This document shows positions 48,276-60,840 of a DNA stretch of 64,000 nt, one piece after another. The stretch spans positions 101,494,001 through 101,558,000 of the forward strand of contig NC_058369.1 of NCBI RefSeq assembly GCF_018350175.1. Direction: 5' to 3'. The notes below the pieces were generated by a model that had not been told where the DNA came from, ran no database searches, and saw nothing but the letters and a program-made list of their open reading frames with translations. How positions within the stretch are numbered: position 1 is the first letter of the stretch; each line of letters opens with the position of its first letter. Source of the DNA: Felis catus. Lineage: Eukaryota. Made by a program: the position numbers and the translations under genes.

Positions 48276-48349
48276 GAGATACGGCACATGAGCAAAGAAT
48301 GGCAGCAAGAGGTAAAACTTCCGAAGAAGAAGGCAACCAACCTTTGGAG
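48276..48349 (+). CDS. UMAD1: Internal coding exon of UMAD1 (UBAP1-MVB12-associated domain-containing protein 1), 74 nt, phase 1 in, phase 0 out
   Basis: Long T/C tract ending cactt-catag| at 48275; donor GAG|GTAAGT at 48349/48350. Translates (G)DTAHEQRMAARGKTSEEEGNQPLE, close to my recollection of human UMAD1 [25 protein letters not shown]. Gene identity is from recall, not a search. Confidence 0.9.
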
Positions 48350-48939
48350 GTAAGTGAAACTCAGTAAGCCCTTTTGGGGCAAAACTCCACAAGTCACTAT
48401 GATTATATATTCCTCTGAGGATAAATAGTAACTTCTACTCTTGCTACATAGGTGCCAAGTACAAAGAAGACAGGTGATTTTACCAGTGCTAAGCTTTTCC
48501 TAGTGCTGGATATGGAATCTTTCAGTTGAAAAAAGAGGAAGAGAGCACTTAAGTTAGAACACTTGAACTATTTTTGAGTGATTATTTTCTAATACATTCA
48601 AATGAATAGGTAATACCTGAACCTATACAGGTTTGCAAATAACCTATTTAGAACTGTATTACATTACCATTTCCAGCATCAAAGTATATTCCTTGACAGT
48701 GTTCAGTAAAAAGACTAGGGTATTGGTTCTTTTCCACATGAGAAAATTATTTTTTCCTTGTGGGTACTTCAAAATGTAATTCAGATCCTTTTCATATACT
48801 GTGTAGAAACATCCTAACATTCTTTAATCACTAACATAATCATTTTTAAGATGTAGGGGGAATGTTAATTATTCGGGTAGAAGATATACCCATGAATTTT
48901 GGAACTTTCTACATGGTGACATACCCCTACTTAATTCTT

Positions 48940-49076
48940 CCTGTGGTACAGAGGGTGTTGCTGCATACAGCTGGAGGGAGGTCGGGGACCTGGCCTGTTT
49001 GGTTCATCACCGTAGTCCCAAAGCCTAGCACAGGATAGGTAGTCAAAAAGATTTGTTAAATGAATGCATGAATAAA
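48940..49076 (+). mobile_element. L2 3' end
   Basis: ttggttcatcaccgtagtcccaaagcctagcacag...atttgttaaatgaatgcatgaataaa. Confidence 0.75.
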
Positions 49077-49129
49077 ATCTTGATCAGTCAACATGAATCT
49101 TACCCAGTCTCATGGTTTTAACTTACATG

Positions 49130-50075
49130 AAGAGACTGATGACTCCCCAAGTAAATCTCCATGAGACCTCTCCCATGAGCTCCAGACTATATCCAACTGC
49201 CTATGTACCATTTCACTTACAAATTTCTAGACAGTTCAGGCTTTACGTGACCAAAGAAGAAATACTGATTCCTGATGTGGGTTCAAGCCCTGCATCAAGC
49301 TCTGTGGTGACAGCTCAGAACCTGGAGCCTGCTTTGGATTCCGTGTCTCCCTCTCTCTGTGCCCCTCCCCAGCTCCTGCTCTGTCTCTCAAAAAATAAAT
49401 AAACGTTAAAAAACATTACAATCAAAGCCCCTAATGTACCCCTGCCTCTCTCTTCCTCACGCTCCACATGCAGCTCATCAGTAAGCCTGGTCATCTCTCC
49501 CTCTACCTGTGGAATCTGACTCCTTCTCAGCACCGACACCGTTAGAACTCGGGTGTGAGCCACCACTCTCACCAGGACTCTCCTTAAGTCCATTCTCCAC
49601 ACAGCAGATGGAAATATGAATGAGATCACATCACTCTTTGGCTTAAAACCTGCTGTGTGCCCACTGTAACTAGAACACATGCTGTATATTATGGCGGGCT
49701 ACCAGGAGCAACACGTGCTCTCTCATCCCCATTCTCTCCACACCCCCAAACACCAACCCCACCTACCAGCTGCTGTTCTGTCTCCTGGTCATGTTAAGCT
49801 CCTTCCCACCTCAGCCTCTGCAATTTGCTATCCCTTTGTTAAGGTCATTCAGGTCTTAGTTCCAATGTCATTTTTCAGGACTACTTCAGCTAAAGTATCT
49901 TTTTCCCTCCATCACTGTCACATAGCCCCATCTTATTTCCTGCACAAACTTTATTAATTCTCAGATTATTCATTTATTTACTGTCTGCCTCCTCTGACTA
50001 GAATGAAAACAGACTCTGTGGGCCTAGAATAGTGTCTGGTACATGGAAGGTGCTCAGTAAATACCCGTTAATTGT
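49130..50075 (+). mobile_element. L2a-like fragment interrupted by a SINEC
   Basis: gatgactccccaag..tctcccatgagctccagact...ccattctccacacagcag...gtgtctggtacatggaaggtgctcagtaaata. Confidence 0.8.
49275..49413 (+). mobile_element. 5'-truncated CAN-SINE
   Basis: gtgggttcaagccctgcatcaagctctgtggtgacagctcagaacctggagcc...aaataaataaacgttaaaaaa. Confidence 0.92.
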
Positions 50076-50841
50076 AATCTAGATTTCCTGTAATGTCATC
50101 ATCTGCCTGCCAAGTTAAAGGCCTAAAAATGTCATCTTGACTCACTGTCGCCAACATTCTTATCAAGTCTATCAATTCTTACTGATTCTACCTCACAAAT
50201 ACCCTTCCAAGTCTGGTTCCTCACTCTTCAGCTAGGCCTTTGTCTGTTCACTAGACTGTTATTAGATGAGCAGGGTCTTTTCCAAATCCCTTTCTGAAAA
50301 AAACAGCAGGTTTTATTACTTCGGGCCCCCCAAATGCCTTGAAACCTGCTAAATAAAGCTTAAGAACAAAATGCTGTTCATACGGCACCTCCTTTGTGAA
50401 CTCTCCCTACATTCCCAGCCAGAGATGGCCTCAATGTCCTTGTACTGCTTGTGCTGTCTTTTATGACTTCACTATCATGCCAGTTCCTGGACGATGGAGC
50501 CTACACCTTTAGTTAACCAGCTTTAAAGCTTCAGCCACTAACCTAGTGTCAAACACATGTGGTGTGACAGAGAAGCCCTGTCATTGATTCTGGGGTGGAT
50601 AAATGAACAAATCAGTTAACAAAGGGAAAAAAGACAGCAAATGCTGTCTTGTGAGTCTCTTCATTAAATCCTGTTTTTCTCCTTACACTGTAAACACATG
50701 GGCTATATTTTTTTTTCATCACTGTAAAGTTTTCTTATTTCTTATAAGTTACCCATAAAAATCTATTAATTTACACTATTGACACTCTTACTACATTAGC
50801 AAGGAAAAGTATGATTTCAGTTAAAAAAAAAAAAAAAAAAA

Positions 50842-51042
50842 GGCCCCTGGGTGGCTCAGTCAGTTGAGTGTCCAACTTTGGCGCGAGTCATGATCTCAGT
50901 TTGAGTTCAAGCCCTACGTCAGACTCTGTGCTGACAGCTCAGAGCCTGGAGCCTGCTTCAGATTCTGTGTCTCCCTCTCTCTCTGCCCCTCCCTGCTCAT
51001 GCTGTCTCTCTCTCAAAAATAAATAAGCATTAAAAAAAAAAA
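50842..51042 (+). mobile_element. CAN-SINE
   Basis: ggcccctgggtggctcagtcagttgag head, CT tract, A tail. Confidence 0.95.
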
Positions 51043-54000
51043 GATATACGTCTGATTAAGAAATTGTTACTATTGTACCTTCACAGGAAGGATTCTCATT
51101 ATTTTAGTTTTTAGTTTTTAATGGCTATATAAGAAATGTTGAAATATTATTTATAATGAGAATGTTTGGTAAATTAGTATGGGTTCCATAATGTCTAAAA
51201 ATAAGACTTATAGTTGCCAAAATAGAACTCCCTTTCCTAAGGACCTTTTGGAGAGGGTGGCTTTTAGTATATCAAAATAGGTTTTCTGGTGAGTTCAGAT
51301 AAACATCGAGATTGCCTGCTATTCTCAAGGAATTGTTGGGCCTGGGGTGGAGAGACTATAAAGATAAATACAACTATGACTCTCAGCTATAGAAGCAGAA
51401 ATTCTCAATCTATTCATGGAAAATTAGAAAACCCCAACAATTACTATAATATAAAATGGAATAAATGAATTTCATAAATTCCGTAACTACAAAGGTAAGT
51501 GAGATTTCAGTGAAGGAAGAAATATTAGGGAGGCCTAATGCACTAGATGAGCATTGAACCATGAACTAATTTTTCTTACTATTTATACAGTTAATTCCTA
51601 TATGATAAATTCCTGTGATATTCCTTGATAAAATCCTTCATTAAGAACATTTTAGTAAAAACTTGAAAAAAAAAGTTTCAGAAATCTAGAAGCAAATCAT
51701 AGTATGAAATGACTTTCTACACAGGCATTTCAATGATAGATGATAAAGGGTTAAAAAAGAATATAACTCGGCCTATGCTGTACTGTAGCTTTAATGGTAG
51801 TTAAAATATTTTGTTAAGTAGTGTGTGCTATTTTTCCTTACACTTCATAGCCCAAGTATACTTAAAAAATGTGTTCCCTCTCCAAATACAGCTCTCTCCC
51901 GACATCAGGACTCTAGCATCTAGGCGGAATATAATTTGCAAAAAGGGGGTGTGGTTTGGACATCAATAAGTGAATTTTTACAGATTTGGATTATGAGCTA
52001 TGTTGATACATTTACACAAAAGACTATGAAAGGCAGCATATTTATTTGCATTAGTTAGTGGGACTTTTTACTTTGTGAACTGAAAATAATAAGGCATTCA
52101 TTTCAGAAAAACATTAATTTCTCAGTATACTTGTCTTATTCAGTCCCCTTCCCTTAATATTTTAGGTTCCTTTTACTGATGACTTTAGTTACTACTGTTT
52201 CTACCTTGGCATACTCTCTATATGATCCCAAAGTATCATCACCTAAAATAGCGTAACTTAAAGAGATATCAAACCATGTAGTCACCAAACGTGGTTACTC
52301 TTAAGTTGTGCTTTAGTCTCTGTTTTTAAGAACCACTGGTAACTTTTAACAGAGTTCATCATGTTTTTGGTGTGTAGAGCTTGAGCTCCTATAAACCCAG
52401 GTTTGGGTTCATTAAAATTAAAGTCATTAGACTCTAGCACTTGGGGAAAGAGTTATAATTTGGAACTAATTATCCAGTTGGAGGATTATCCACCTCCTTC
52501 TGTTCCTTTTTTTTTTTTTTTCCTTTTTTTTATCTTGTTGCCTTTCTGGGTAAAATTTGGTTATGAGTTGTAATGATATTATGGCTACTTATTACCTTCT
52601 GCCAGTCTAGGAGCCTATTACTTACAGCTCAGGGGTATAAATCCACAGATTCATGGAGGGAGGGGGTGCTGTTTTGAGTTTTTGTCATTCTGATCTTTTC
52701 AGGGAATAAACATTACAAGTAAGCAAGTAATTAGTCATTATTTTCTCATCTTCAGTCATGGAAAGTGTTCTGTGTTGTGAAAACTGGAACCATATTAGCT
52801 ACTTATTTTTCTAGTGGGCCTATTCTTTTTTGGTTTTGTAGGTATATTTTGAGAGCTATGAGTATGTAAGTTTCAGTTTCTTTAATCATCTCCAGTTTTG
52901 GTGACTCTTAATTTCAACCTAGTTTTAATAGATTCTTTTAGATTAAGTGTGTATTGAACTTAAATTTATTTGTACTATAAAAATTATTTTAAAATTTGAA
53001 TTTAGTTTTGGTTTCCAAGACTGAGGAATATGTTTATTTAGTGCACTGGCCTAAAGATAACAAAACACAAAAACAAGCCGATAAAAATCTCCCCACAAAA
53101 CCGCAATTCTATTTATATATTTGTCTTGAGTGACAACTAATTCACATATGCATATGGAAACACATATAAAATAATAACTAACAGATGGCATAGCTGCAAA
53201 GTAGGATTTATAAAGATTATTATCAGCTGGTGGTACTGAGATACTACTGTGGTTATGCTGACAGAAGACACAAAAATTATTTATTATAATAAACTGTGAC
53301 ACTAATATCCCCCCAACTTCTGTTTAACCGAAGTAGCTTATTGCATATTTAATATAAATTTCTTAATGACGACCTAAAACAATCTTACAGCCAATTTGTG
53401 CTAGGAAATTTAATAGGCAGCACTTGCAAAACAGTAATTGAGGTAGCAACAACAAAATGCTTGCTAAAATTGTTGAGTGCATAATACTAGAATCCCTGGA
53501 AAGTAAAGATTTGGGGTACTTTGTTCAGCCCATTTCCACTGTAGTACAGTGGATTTGTGTTTTTTTTTTTTAATTTGTGTATTTGAAAATAGTTGAGTTA
53601 CATCTGGAATTCACCGTTCAGTAATTTAGGAAACATAAGTTTTGTTGTTGTTGAAATAGGCATGGAATGCACATATTAATGAAACATGTCCACTTTTCTT
53701 CTAATGTGTTTTTGTGCTTCCCTTAAGTCTTTTAACAGAACTGGAGGAGACTTCTGATTCTATAGGGGCTAATTTTCTTGTTTTTTATTTCAGATAGTCA
53801 TTAAAATGAATGAAAATAGCCTTGAGCTTTGTAGATTCCATATGATGTAGACTTTGGCTATCATTTCTTAAAAGGGGAGGAAGATTATCCCATTAAAAAC
53901 TGGATTCTGTGTAGAAAAGAATCAGGGTCGTGTGGTACAGGAAAATGGAGACAGACTGGGGCGAGTGATTCTCAAAAAGAGTTTTACATACTTTTCTCTA

Positions 54001-54119
54001 CCAGATGTCAGGATTTCAGCCTTAAGAATTTTCTAGTATAACATAGTATCTAACTTTATTAATTTAAAGTACTGGGGTTATAAAGATGATTATGAAAGTG
54101 TTTATTCTTGCAAGACATA

Positions 54120-54610
54120 CATAGTCCAAATACGGATATAATGAGTATTGATATTGAAGGCAGTTTAAACTGGTACAACCATTTTTGGAAAGCATTTTGG
54201 CAATAAGTATCTAGAGCCATAAAGACATTAATATCCTTTGACAGTAATTCCACTTCCAGGATTCTATTCTAAGAAAATAGTCTTTTTAATCCACAAGAAG
54301 GTCTATGTGTAAAAAAAGATGGCAATTCATTCAATGGACTATTTTTCAGTTTTCATACATGCAATTGATGGTTATTCTTCAATAAAAAATAGAGACTCTT
54401 GGTTTCATTATTTCAGTTAAATATATGAAGTACAAAATTGTATATACAATATTATTGCTGCTATGTAAAAGCTGTGCAGAAAAAGATGATGTGGGACATA
54501 AAAGCATTAGGAGGAGTTGCCTTTGGGATGATAGATACAGGAGATAAATCATTCTTTCCAATGTTATTTTCCAATTGTCTATAATGAGTGTATCTTCTGT
54601 TTTAAATGAT
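54120..54610 (+). mobile_element. L1ME-type fragment
   Basis: aaactggtacaaccatttttggaaagcattttggcaata...cctttgacagtaattccacttccagga. Confidence 0.75.
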
Positions 54611-57600
54611 AGTGAGGTCGGTGATGAGGAAACAATGTATTTACTCAAGGGCAGTTTTTGCTTAATAGAAGAACTATTTTATATGGCAATAAAAACAATG
54701 GAGTAGGCTACTGAGGATGATCTTCAGGAGATATGTTGGTACTTTTCTGCCTTGGCTCATTTAGGTTTAAGATCCCTTAATTAGTTGATCACAGAGCACC
54801 ACATCTGATCACGATTTGTCAAAACATCTGTCCTCTCACTCAGGGGCCTTTCCAGCAGGGAGAAAAGTGAGGTGACTTGGAGGTTATTCTTCACATCTCA
54901 TTGGAAGTCACACGACCCCAACTTTTCTCATTGATCAACCTGTCAATGTCATTGTATTGGTTATAAAGTCGTATTTCCCCCTAAAACATGTTGCAGGCTC
55001 TTCATTTAAACATGTATTTGTCTAAAAACCTTGTTTCTTTGTTTCTATGATGTCGAGACTCTTAGTCGAAGATCTTAATTTCTCCCTTTATAATAGTTTT
55101 TGAGAATATAATTTTATCAGATGAGTGCAAGGATCTTTGTTTTTCATTTCCCCTAATATAAAACCCTTCCGAATATCTGATTGACGGGGAAGAGAAGCAC
55201 AGTTGGATTACCAGTCACTGAACTGGTAAATTTAATTCTTCAGTGTGTTCATCCCCCATGTGTTCATCCCCCTATACAGAACACCTTTTGGGAAAAAGAT
55301 TTTGTAGAGTGAATTTTTCTCTTTATTTTCATTTGAATTACTGTATTGCAATAATATGGTAGAAAGTACATTTTGGGGAGCCTCTTCTGCTCACCAAATG
55401 TCTGATCAAGGACAAGTTAAGGTTCTATTCAACTTCAGTTCTTAGTCAATGAAGTAGGTGAATTAGATGCGGTATGTGACATTCCCTCCCCTCCCCCCCG
55501 CCCCTGGAAGTCCTGGCTCTTGACCTCTTTGGAAAGTGAATTGGAATTTTGCCACCAAATGCCAATCTTTGTATTACTGCTATGATGATGGTGTGTGGGT
55601 GTGTGGACAGGAAGGTAGGGATCTGCTGCATTATGAAGATTTTAGGCATTGATTGATTAAGCTTTTATACTTGTTAGAAAGGAATAGTCCAATAGTCCTT
55701 GTTGGTAAATTATCAAACTGAAAAACGACTTCCAAAATCCTTGCTCTTGCTTCTAAGATCTGTCTTGGGCCACTGGTAAAGAACAATTGAAGCCCTGTAT
55801 TATTTCTTAAAATCTATAAACTTTTTATATTAGACGATCAGATTAGCATAGGTTGTTGACTGCCCAGAACACTGGCAAGATGAATTAACTTGAGGCATGT
55901 GTATCAGAATTTGTAAAGATCTTTTCCAGAACCTCAAATTTGTATATTTTTTTTCCCACCACCTCTTTGTCCTAATTTCAGTTTCACTGGAAAAAATTAT
56001 AACTGAAAGGTCACAATTCTGACGTTTTCTGGTTTCCATTGGGGTTAACTAACACACTGCAACATAATGTTCATTCATCCTAGTCAGTAAGGCCAAACTA
56101 TGTGAGGTGTGTGAGAGCTGCCCCTGTTTCCATCCAAAATGCACATATGGTGTGGGTAAGCCAGTAATGGGAGTTTTACGCAATGTTTCTGCTCATGTAC
56201 ACAGTGTGTTGCTCAGCACCAATTATTCCTTGCCAGAAACCCGCTAACCTGCTGCTTTTGTAGCTCTGCTTGATGAGGCTAGGTAGCTTAAAGTGACCAC
56301 AATGATATTTATTTAACTTCACCAATCTTAGTTTGTTAAAGTTGTAGAACTTTAACCGCCTGCCTCCTCTGCTGATTTATTGCAATTGATTGCAATTAGA
56401 ATCAGAGAACTGGAACCTTGTCATTGCATTGCACGGAGCCACGTCCGATCCAATGTATGTTTATTAGATATGTGGAGGAGGAAGAGGCAAAATGTGGAAA
56501 TACTCACTTCTTTGCTTAGCGAATCTAGTTGTTCATCTCCAAATTAGAAAATATTTTTAAAAAGCAGATAAGATATTCGGTTGATATTTTGGTAGTTATT
56601 TTGTTGTCATTTTTCCAGTTTTCCCACTTTTATAGTTTTAAAAACCACAAAATCAGCAGGGTGAGAGGTCCATGTTGGGAGAACAACTGTTCCCTATTTC
56701 CCATAGCCATCTTTTTTCTAATCCCCTGTTTTTTAATTAGGAACAAATGGTCCTTATTTTTTCCTCCTTCGGTTCATGTTACAGTTGTAACTTCTTGTGA
56801 CTATATAGGGAGTTTAAATTAAAGCCCAGCCATATTCATGTGGTCTTTACACAACCAGAGATTCTTTTTTGAAAGACAAATTTCATCTGGCTCTTTTGCA
56901 TTGGAAAAGGAGCATGCAGATACGTATTTGGTCTAGTTGGCATTTTCTGAATATTCTCCTTTGTACCTTACTGAGGATTCTTGTTGTAAATACACTTAAC
57001 TGAGGACGGACCGATATGAAGACACAGAAAAAATTTACACTTTACTGAAGCTCAGCTAAGTTTATGTCAATTTTTACATTTCTTTCCAGACCTAGCAGGC
57101 ACTGCTCCTTACATGTCTTTTTTTTCTTTTCTTTTTTTTTTTTTTTTTTAATGAATTTCTGTGTTCTTCTACCCTGGTCAATAATTAACATGAATTTCCA
57201 CCCATTCAAGGACTGTTTAATGTCCACTTTGGGGATGTCATATCCTTAGGAACATACCTTTTACACATTGCTTTTAAATTAAGAAATCATTATGGGTGTG
57301 AATTCATAAATTTTCTCTAACACCAGTTATATAATAGAAAGTCTGTGTACTAGAAACTCCTAATGTAAAAGCCAAAAGCCATAATTTTTTTTTTAATAAA
57401 AACAACCCACATTTTCTCTGCCTTGTTATGCCACTTGGAGAAGGAGAGAAGACTGGCATAAACTATACCTGAGAGCACAGTGATAATGGACTGAAGTGCC
57501 CACTCCATAGTAATAAAAAGCCTATGAAAACTTTCTCAGACCTTTTGAACTGAAAAGAGTCTGCAAACTGTTGCATAATCCTACTTATTAAGCTGGTTTT

Positions 57601-58739
57601 GGTTGGAGACTAATTGTGAGAACATGCTATTTGTTCATCTAGCTATTCTGGGTCTATCATCATTGGATCCAGCCGGTCCATCAGAGTATATTTCTATCTC
57701 ATTGCCTTAGTCCTGCAAAGATTGCCTTCCCTGAATGGTTTTACAGCTTGACTGAATAACTCTGTGAGAAACTTGAGTGGAATACACTATAACATTTATT
57801 ATGAAGGAATTACTAAGACATTGTCTACTACGTCACATAGTCTCCCCTGCGTCAAGTCCCACTTAGGTTTTCTGGTTTCTTACTGCTTTTATATCCGTAG
57901 AAAATATTTTGCTTTCCTGAGGTGGTAATATTCCCTTTTCTCAGGGCCATTGTGAAGTCTGTACCTCATCATTTTTTTCTGTTTTCCTTTGGCAGGGGGA
58001 AGCTCAGACCTAAATTTACAGCTTAGTTTTAGTAATTATTTAGGACCCTAGAGGATATGATCTGCATACTTTATTTTCCTCTTCTCTAGGCTCCTGTATT
58101 TTTCCTGGGCATGATCTTTGAATTTATTTTGAATCTTTTTGGCTGTTTCAGATTCCTTGGGTGGAGAAAAGGGTTAAAATTTGCACACATATATTTATGC
58201 AACACTTATATAAGTCTGTCTCTTCTGCGTAGTTTTTATTTTTCTAGGTTATAAGAGATATATATGCACACATAATTTCAATTTTCTTTTTATTCTTTTT
58301 TAAAATATGTGATAAAATTATACATGAGCTTTTTCCTGTGAGGATATATGGACACAGGGCACTTATTTAACGTCTCTCCCATGCCTCGGGCTCACACACT
58401 GATCTCCAGTCAGTGTGATTTCTTCAGGATTGTTGTTGACTGGAGGATAAAGGTAAAAAGAGCCTCCTTGCCAGATCAGTAACTTTGTCCAGCTGCTTCC
58501 AGGCAGAGGGTACCTTAGGCACCTGCAACCTGCTTGCCCCATCAACCACTCTGTGGCCTCCTTCTACACACACTTTTTCTTCATGCTCTAGACATACTTT
58601 TTAGATGGTTTACCAGATTTTAGATACAAGCATGGAAGACCTAGGAAAAGTGACTACCTGACTTAGAGATCTTGTCTTTGGGGTCATTCTTCACAGTAGC
58701 AGATTCACAGGACCCCTGCAGTAGCATGGAGAGCTGCCA

Positions 58740-58960
58740 GAACATGAGCTGTATCACCAGACCTCGAGCTTAGATCTTGGCTTTGCCATATACCAGTACC
58801 TTTGATAATACTTAGCCTCTTTGATCTTCATGTCCCTTTGCTGTAAAATGGGAGTGGAGATACTTACCTTGCAGGGTTTTGTAAGAATTAGATGAGTCAA
58901 TATGTAATTTTTATTTATATGTCTATATGCACCGTGTCTGACATATACTGGGCCCTCTAA
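58740..58960 (+). mobile_element. MIR SINE
   Basis: ctgtaaaatgggagtggagatacttaccttgcagggttttgtaagaattagatgag. Confidence 0.8.
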
Positions 58961-59029
58961 ATGTTTCAGTTGGAAGGAAATTATGGCTAATGCCTTGAAA
59001 ATCATGCCAAAGTAAGGTTAAAGGGATTA

Positions 59030-59720
59030 AATCAGGAATTGTGCCCAGATGAAAGTTACAGACACCTAAAAGGCAGCAGCTTAAATTTAGGGCTTTATTT
59101 GTCCCATGTAATGACAAGGCTCTTGGAAGGTGGTGGAGGCACTGTTTTAGGAACTCAAGCATATCAAGGCCAATGTCCTATGAATCTTGATCTTTTCCTC
59201 ATGGTTTGCAAGATAGCTATCGCAGCTCCATCCATTATATCCAGTTTCCAGGAAGTTGGGGAAAGGAAGGATGGTGAAGGGAGAATAAAAGTGCCGGTGG
59301 CTCAATCAGTTAAGCATCCACTCTTGATTTCGGTCTAGTTCATGATTTCGGTCTAGTTCCTGATTTCATGGTGCTTGAGATGGAGCCCTGAGTTGGACTC
59401 CCCACTGACAGTGTGGAGCCTGTTTGGGATCCTCATTCATTCTCATTCTCATTCTTTCTTTCTCTCTCTCTCTCTCTCTCTCTCAAAAAAGTGAAAAAAT
59501 AAATAAACATTAAGAAAAAAAGTGCCTGTGACCAGAAACTTTCCAAAACCTCTCTAGCAAGATTTATTGGCCCTAATGTGTCACATGGCTACCCCTAATG
59601 GCAATGGAGCCTGGAACATGTTTTTAGCTTGGTACTTTGCTACCCCCAGCAAAATCAGCACTCATTAATGAGGAGGAAAGGAAAGGTGAATATTGGATGG
59701 ACTGCAACACTCTCTGATAT
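59030..59720 (-). mobile_element. MLT1K/J-like LTR interrupted by a SINEC
   Basis: cctcatggtttgcaagatagctatcgcagctcca...attggccctaatgtgtcacatggctacccct...caaaatcagc. Confidence 0.7.
59296..59517 (+). mobile_element. CAN-SINE with an internal 18-nt tandem duplication, TSD aaaagtgcc
   Basis: TSD at 59287-59295 and 59518-59526; tgatttcggtctagttc repeated twice. Confidence 0.93.
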
Positions 59721-59889
59721 AGATATCATCCTATTTTGCTTTTAGTAGCTTCATTTTTCTAACAATAGACATCGGTGCAGATGGGAGTGAGGGAGGTAGA
59801 GAGAAATACCCATTGGTGATAACTAGACACTATTGGAGGCTAGAGGTCTTTGAGTAGTCAAAGGGGATGGGAAATAAAGAAGGATATTT

Positions 59890-60120
59890 ACTTTATTATT
59901 ACCTTTTGAACCTATGATAAGTTAGGCATGGTGCTGGTAGGAATTTTACATATATATCTCATTAATTGTTACAGATGAGGTGGGCTATATTATCTATATA
60001 TTTTACTGAGGAGGCAATCAAGTGTCAAGGATATCAGTTTCCCAAGGTCACACAACCAGTGACAGTAATGGAGCCAGAAGTCAGACTTGCACCTGACTAA
60101 CCACAAAATCTTTGCTTTGC
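59890..60120 (-). mobile_element. MIR SINE
   Basis: gaggtgggctatattatc..ttttactgaggaggc..ttcccaaggtcacacaaccagt..atggagccaga. Confidence 0.75.
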
Positions 60121-60499
60121 ACTGCATGGCTTTCCTGTATAACTCTCAAGAAACCTGCTCTTGCACTTGGCTTTTATTTTCCATAGTGCCTTGTACTACT
60201 GGGGTCCAAAATAACTACATTTGACCTAATTATTTGTGTACAGAATTAAACTGAACGTCATGTAAAGAACTGCTGGTTGCTGAAGGTTATATAGATGAGG
60301 CTGGTGCTTCCCTCTCGTCATCACCATTCAGCTGGTGGTTGCTGCCTCTGTGTTTCTGCCTCTAGAGTCAGTAGCCCCTAGGGACATTCCTTAGGACAAA
60401 GGAAATATGGCAAAGCCCCAGTGACCATTCTCAGGAAGCCAGAATTCAAAATTGAAAGCTGATAGGATGATGTGACATGGAGACAGGTATCTTCTCAAG

Positions 60500-60840
60500 T
60501 CAGTAGCCAGGGAATTATCCTTGACTTTTTCTACCTCTCCCTCTACTCTAAACCCAGTTGGTCACCAAGTCATTTTGTTTCTACCTCACCTGCCCTTTCC
60601 ACTACCTCCCCACCACAGCTGCAGTCGTTCAGACTTGATTATCTCCCACACGGACTGCAGAGAAGAGTTTCTGAAATGGCCTCCTTATCTTCAGATTTTG
60701 CCATCATTCAGTCCATTTGCCCACAGATCTGACCACGGAGCTGCCTTACCTGATGACATCAGGGGCTCTTCAGCTGCTCACAGAACCAAAGCCAATGACT
60801 TTGAGGCACGTGTCCGATCATTACCTGGCCTTGCCCCGTT
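60500..60840 (+). mobile_element. L2 fragment
   Basis: ggaattatccttgact...gtcaccaagtc...tctcccacacggactgcag...atctgaccacg. Confidence 0.6.

Noticed and set aside
48167-48367. 66-aa ORF as a standalone gene
   Set aside because: Only 48276-48349 is exon; the rest is polypyrimidine tract and intron
50631-50650. Perfect 9-bp inverted repeat aagacagca-aa-tgctgtctt
   Set aside because: One such repeat in 64 kb is within chance
28889-51042. Inverted SINEs across the exon driving a circRNA
   Set aside because: Nearest opposite-orientation partners are over 14 kb away with closer competitors, and a single 74-nt exon is a poor back-splicing substrate
51491-51500. Perfect donor AAG|GTAAGT
   Set aside because: No convincing upstream acceptor
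54621-54714. Possible C/D snoRNA (gtgatga...ctga)
   Set aside because: Terminal stem is weak and mis-spaced, with no clear internal C'/D' boxes or recognisable guide; expected by chance
55208-55272. 8-bp hairpin with CAGTG in the minus-strand loop (IRE-like), plus an adjacent 14-nt tandem duplication
   Set aside because: Pairing register does not fit C-bulge + 5 bp + CAGUGN; intronic; short duplication unremarkable
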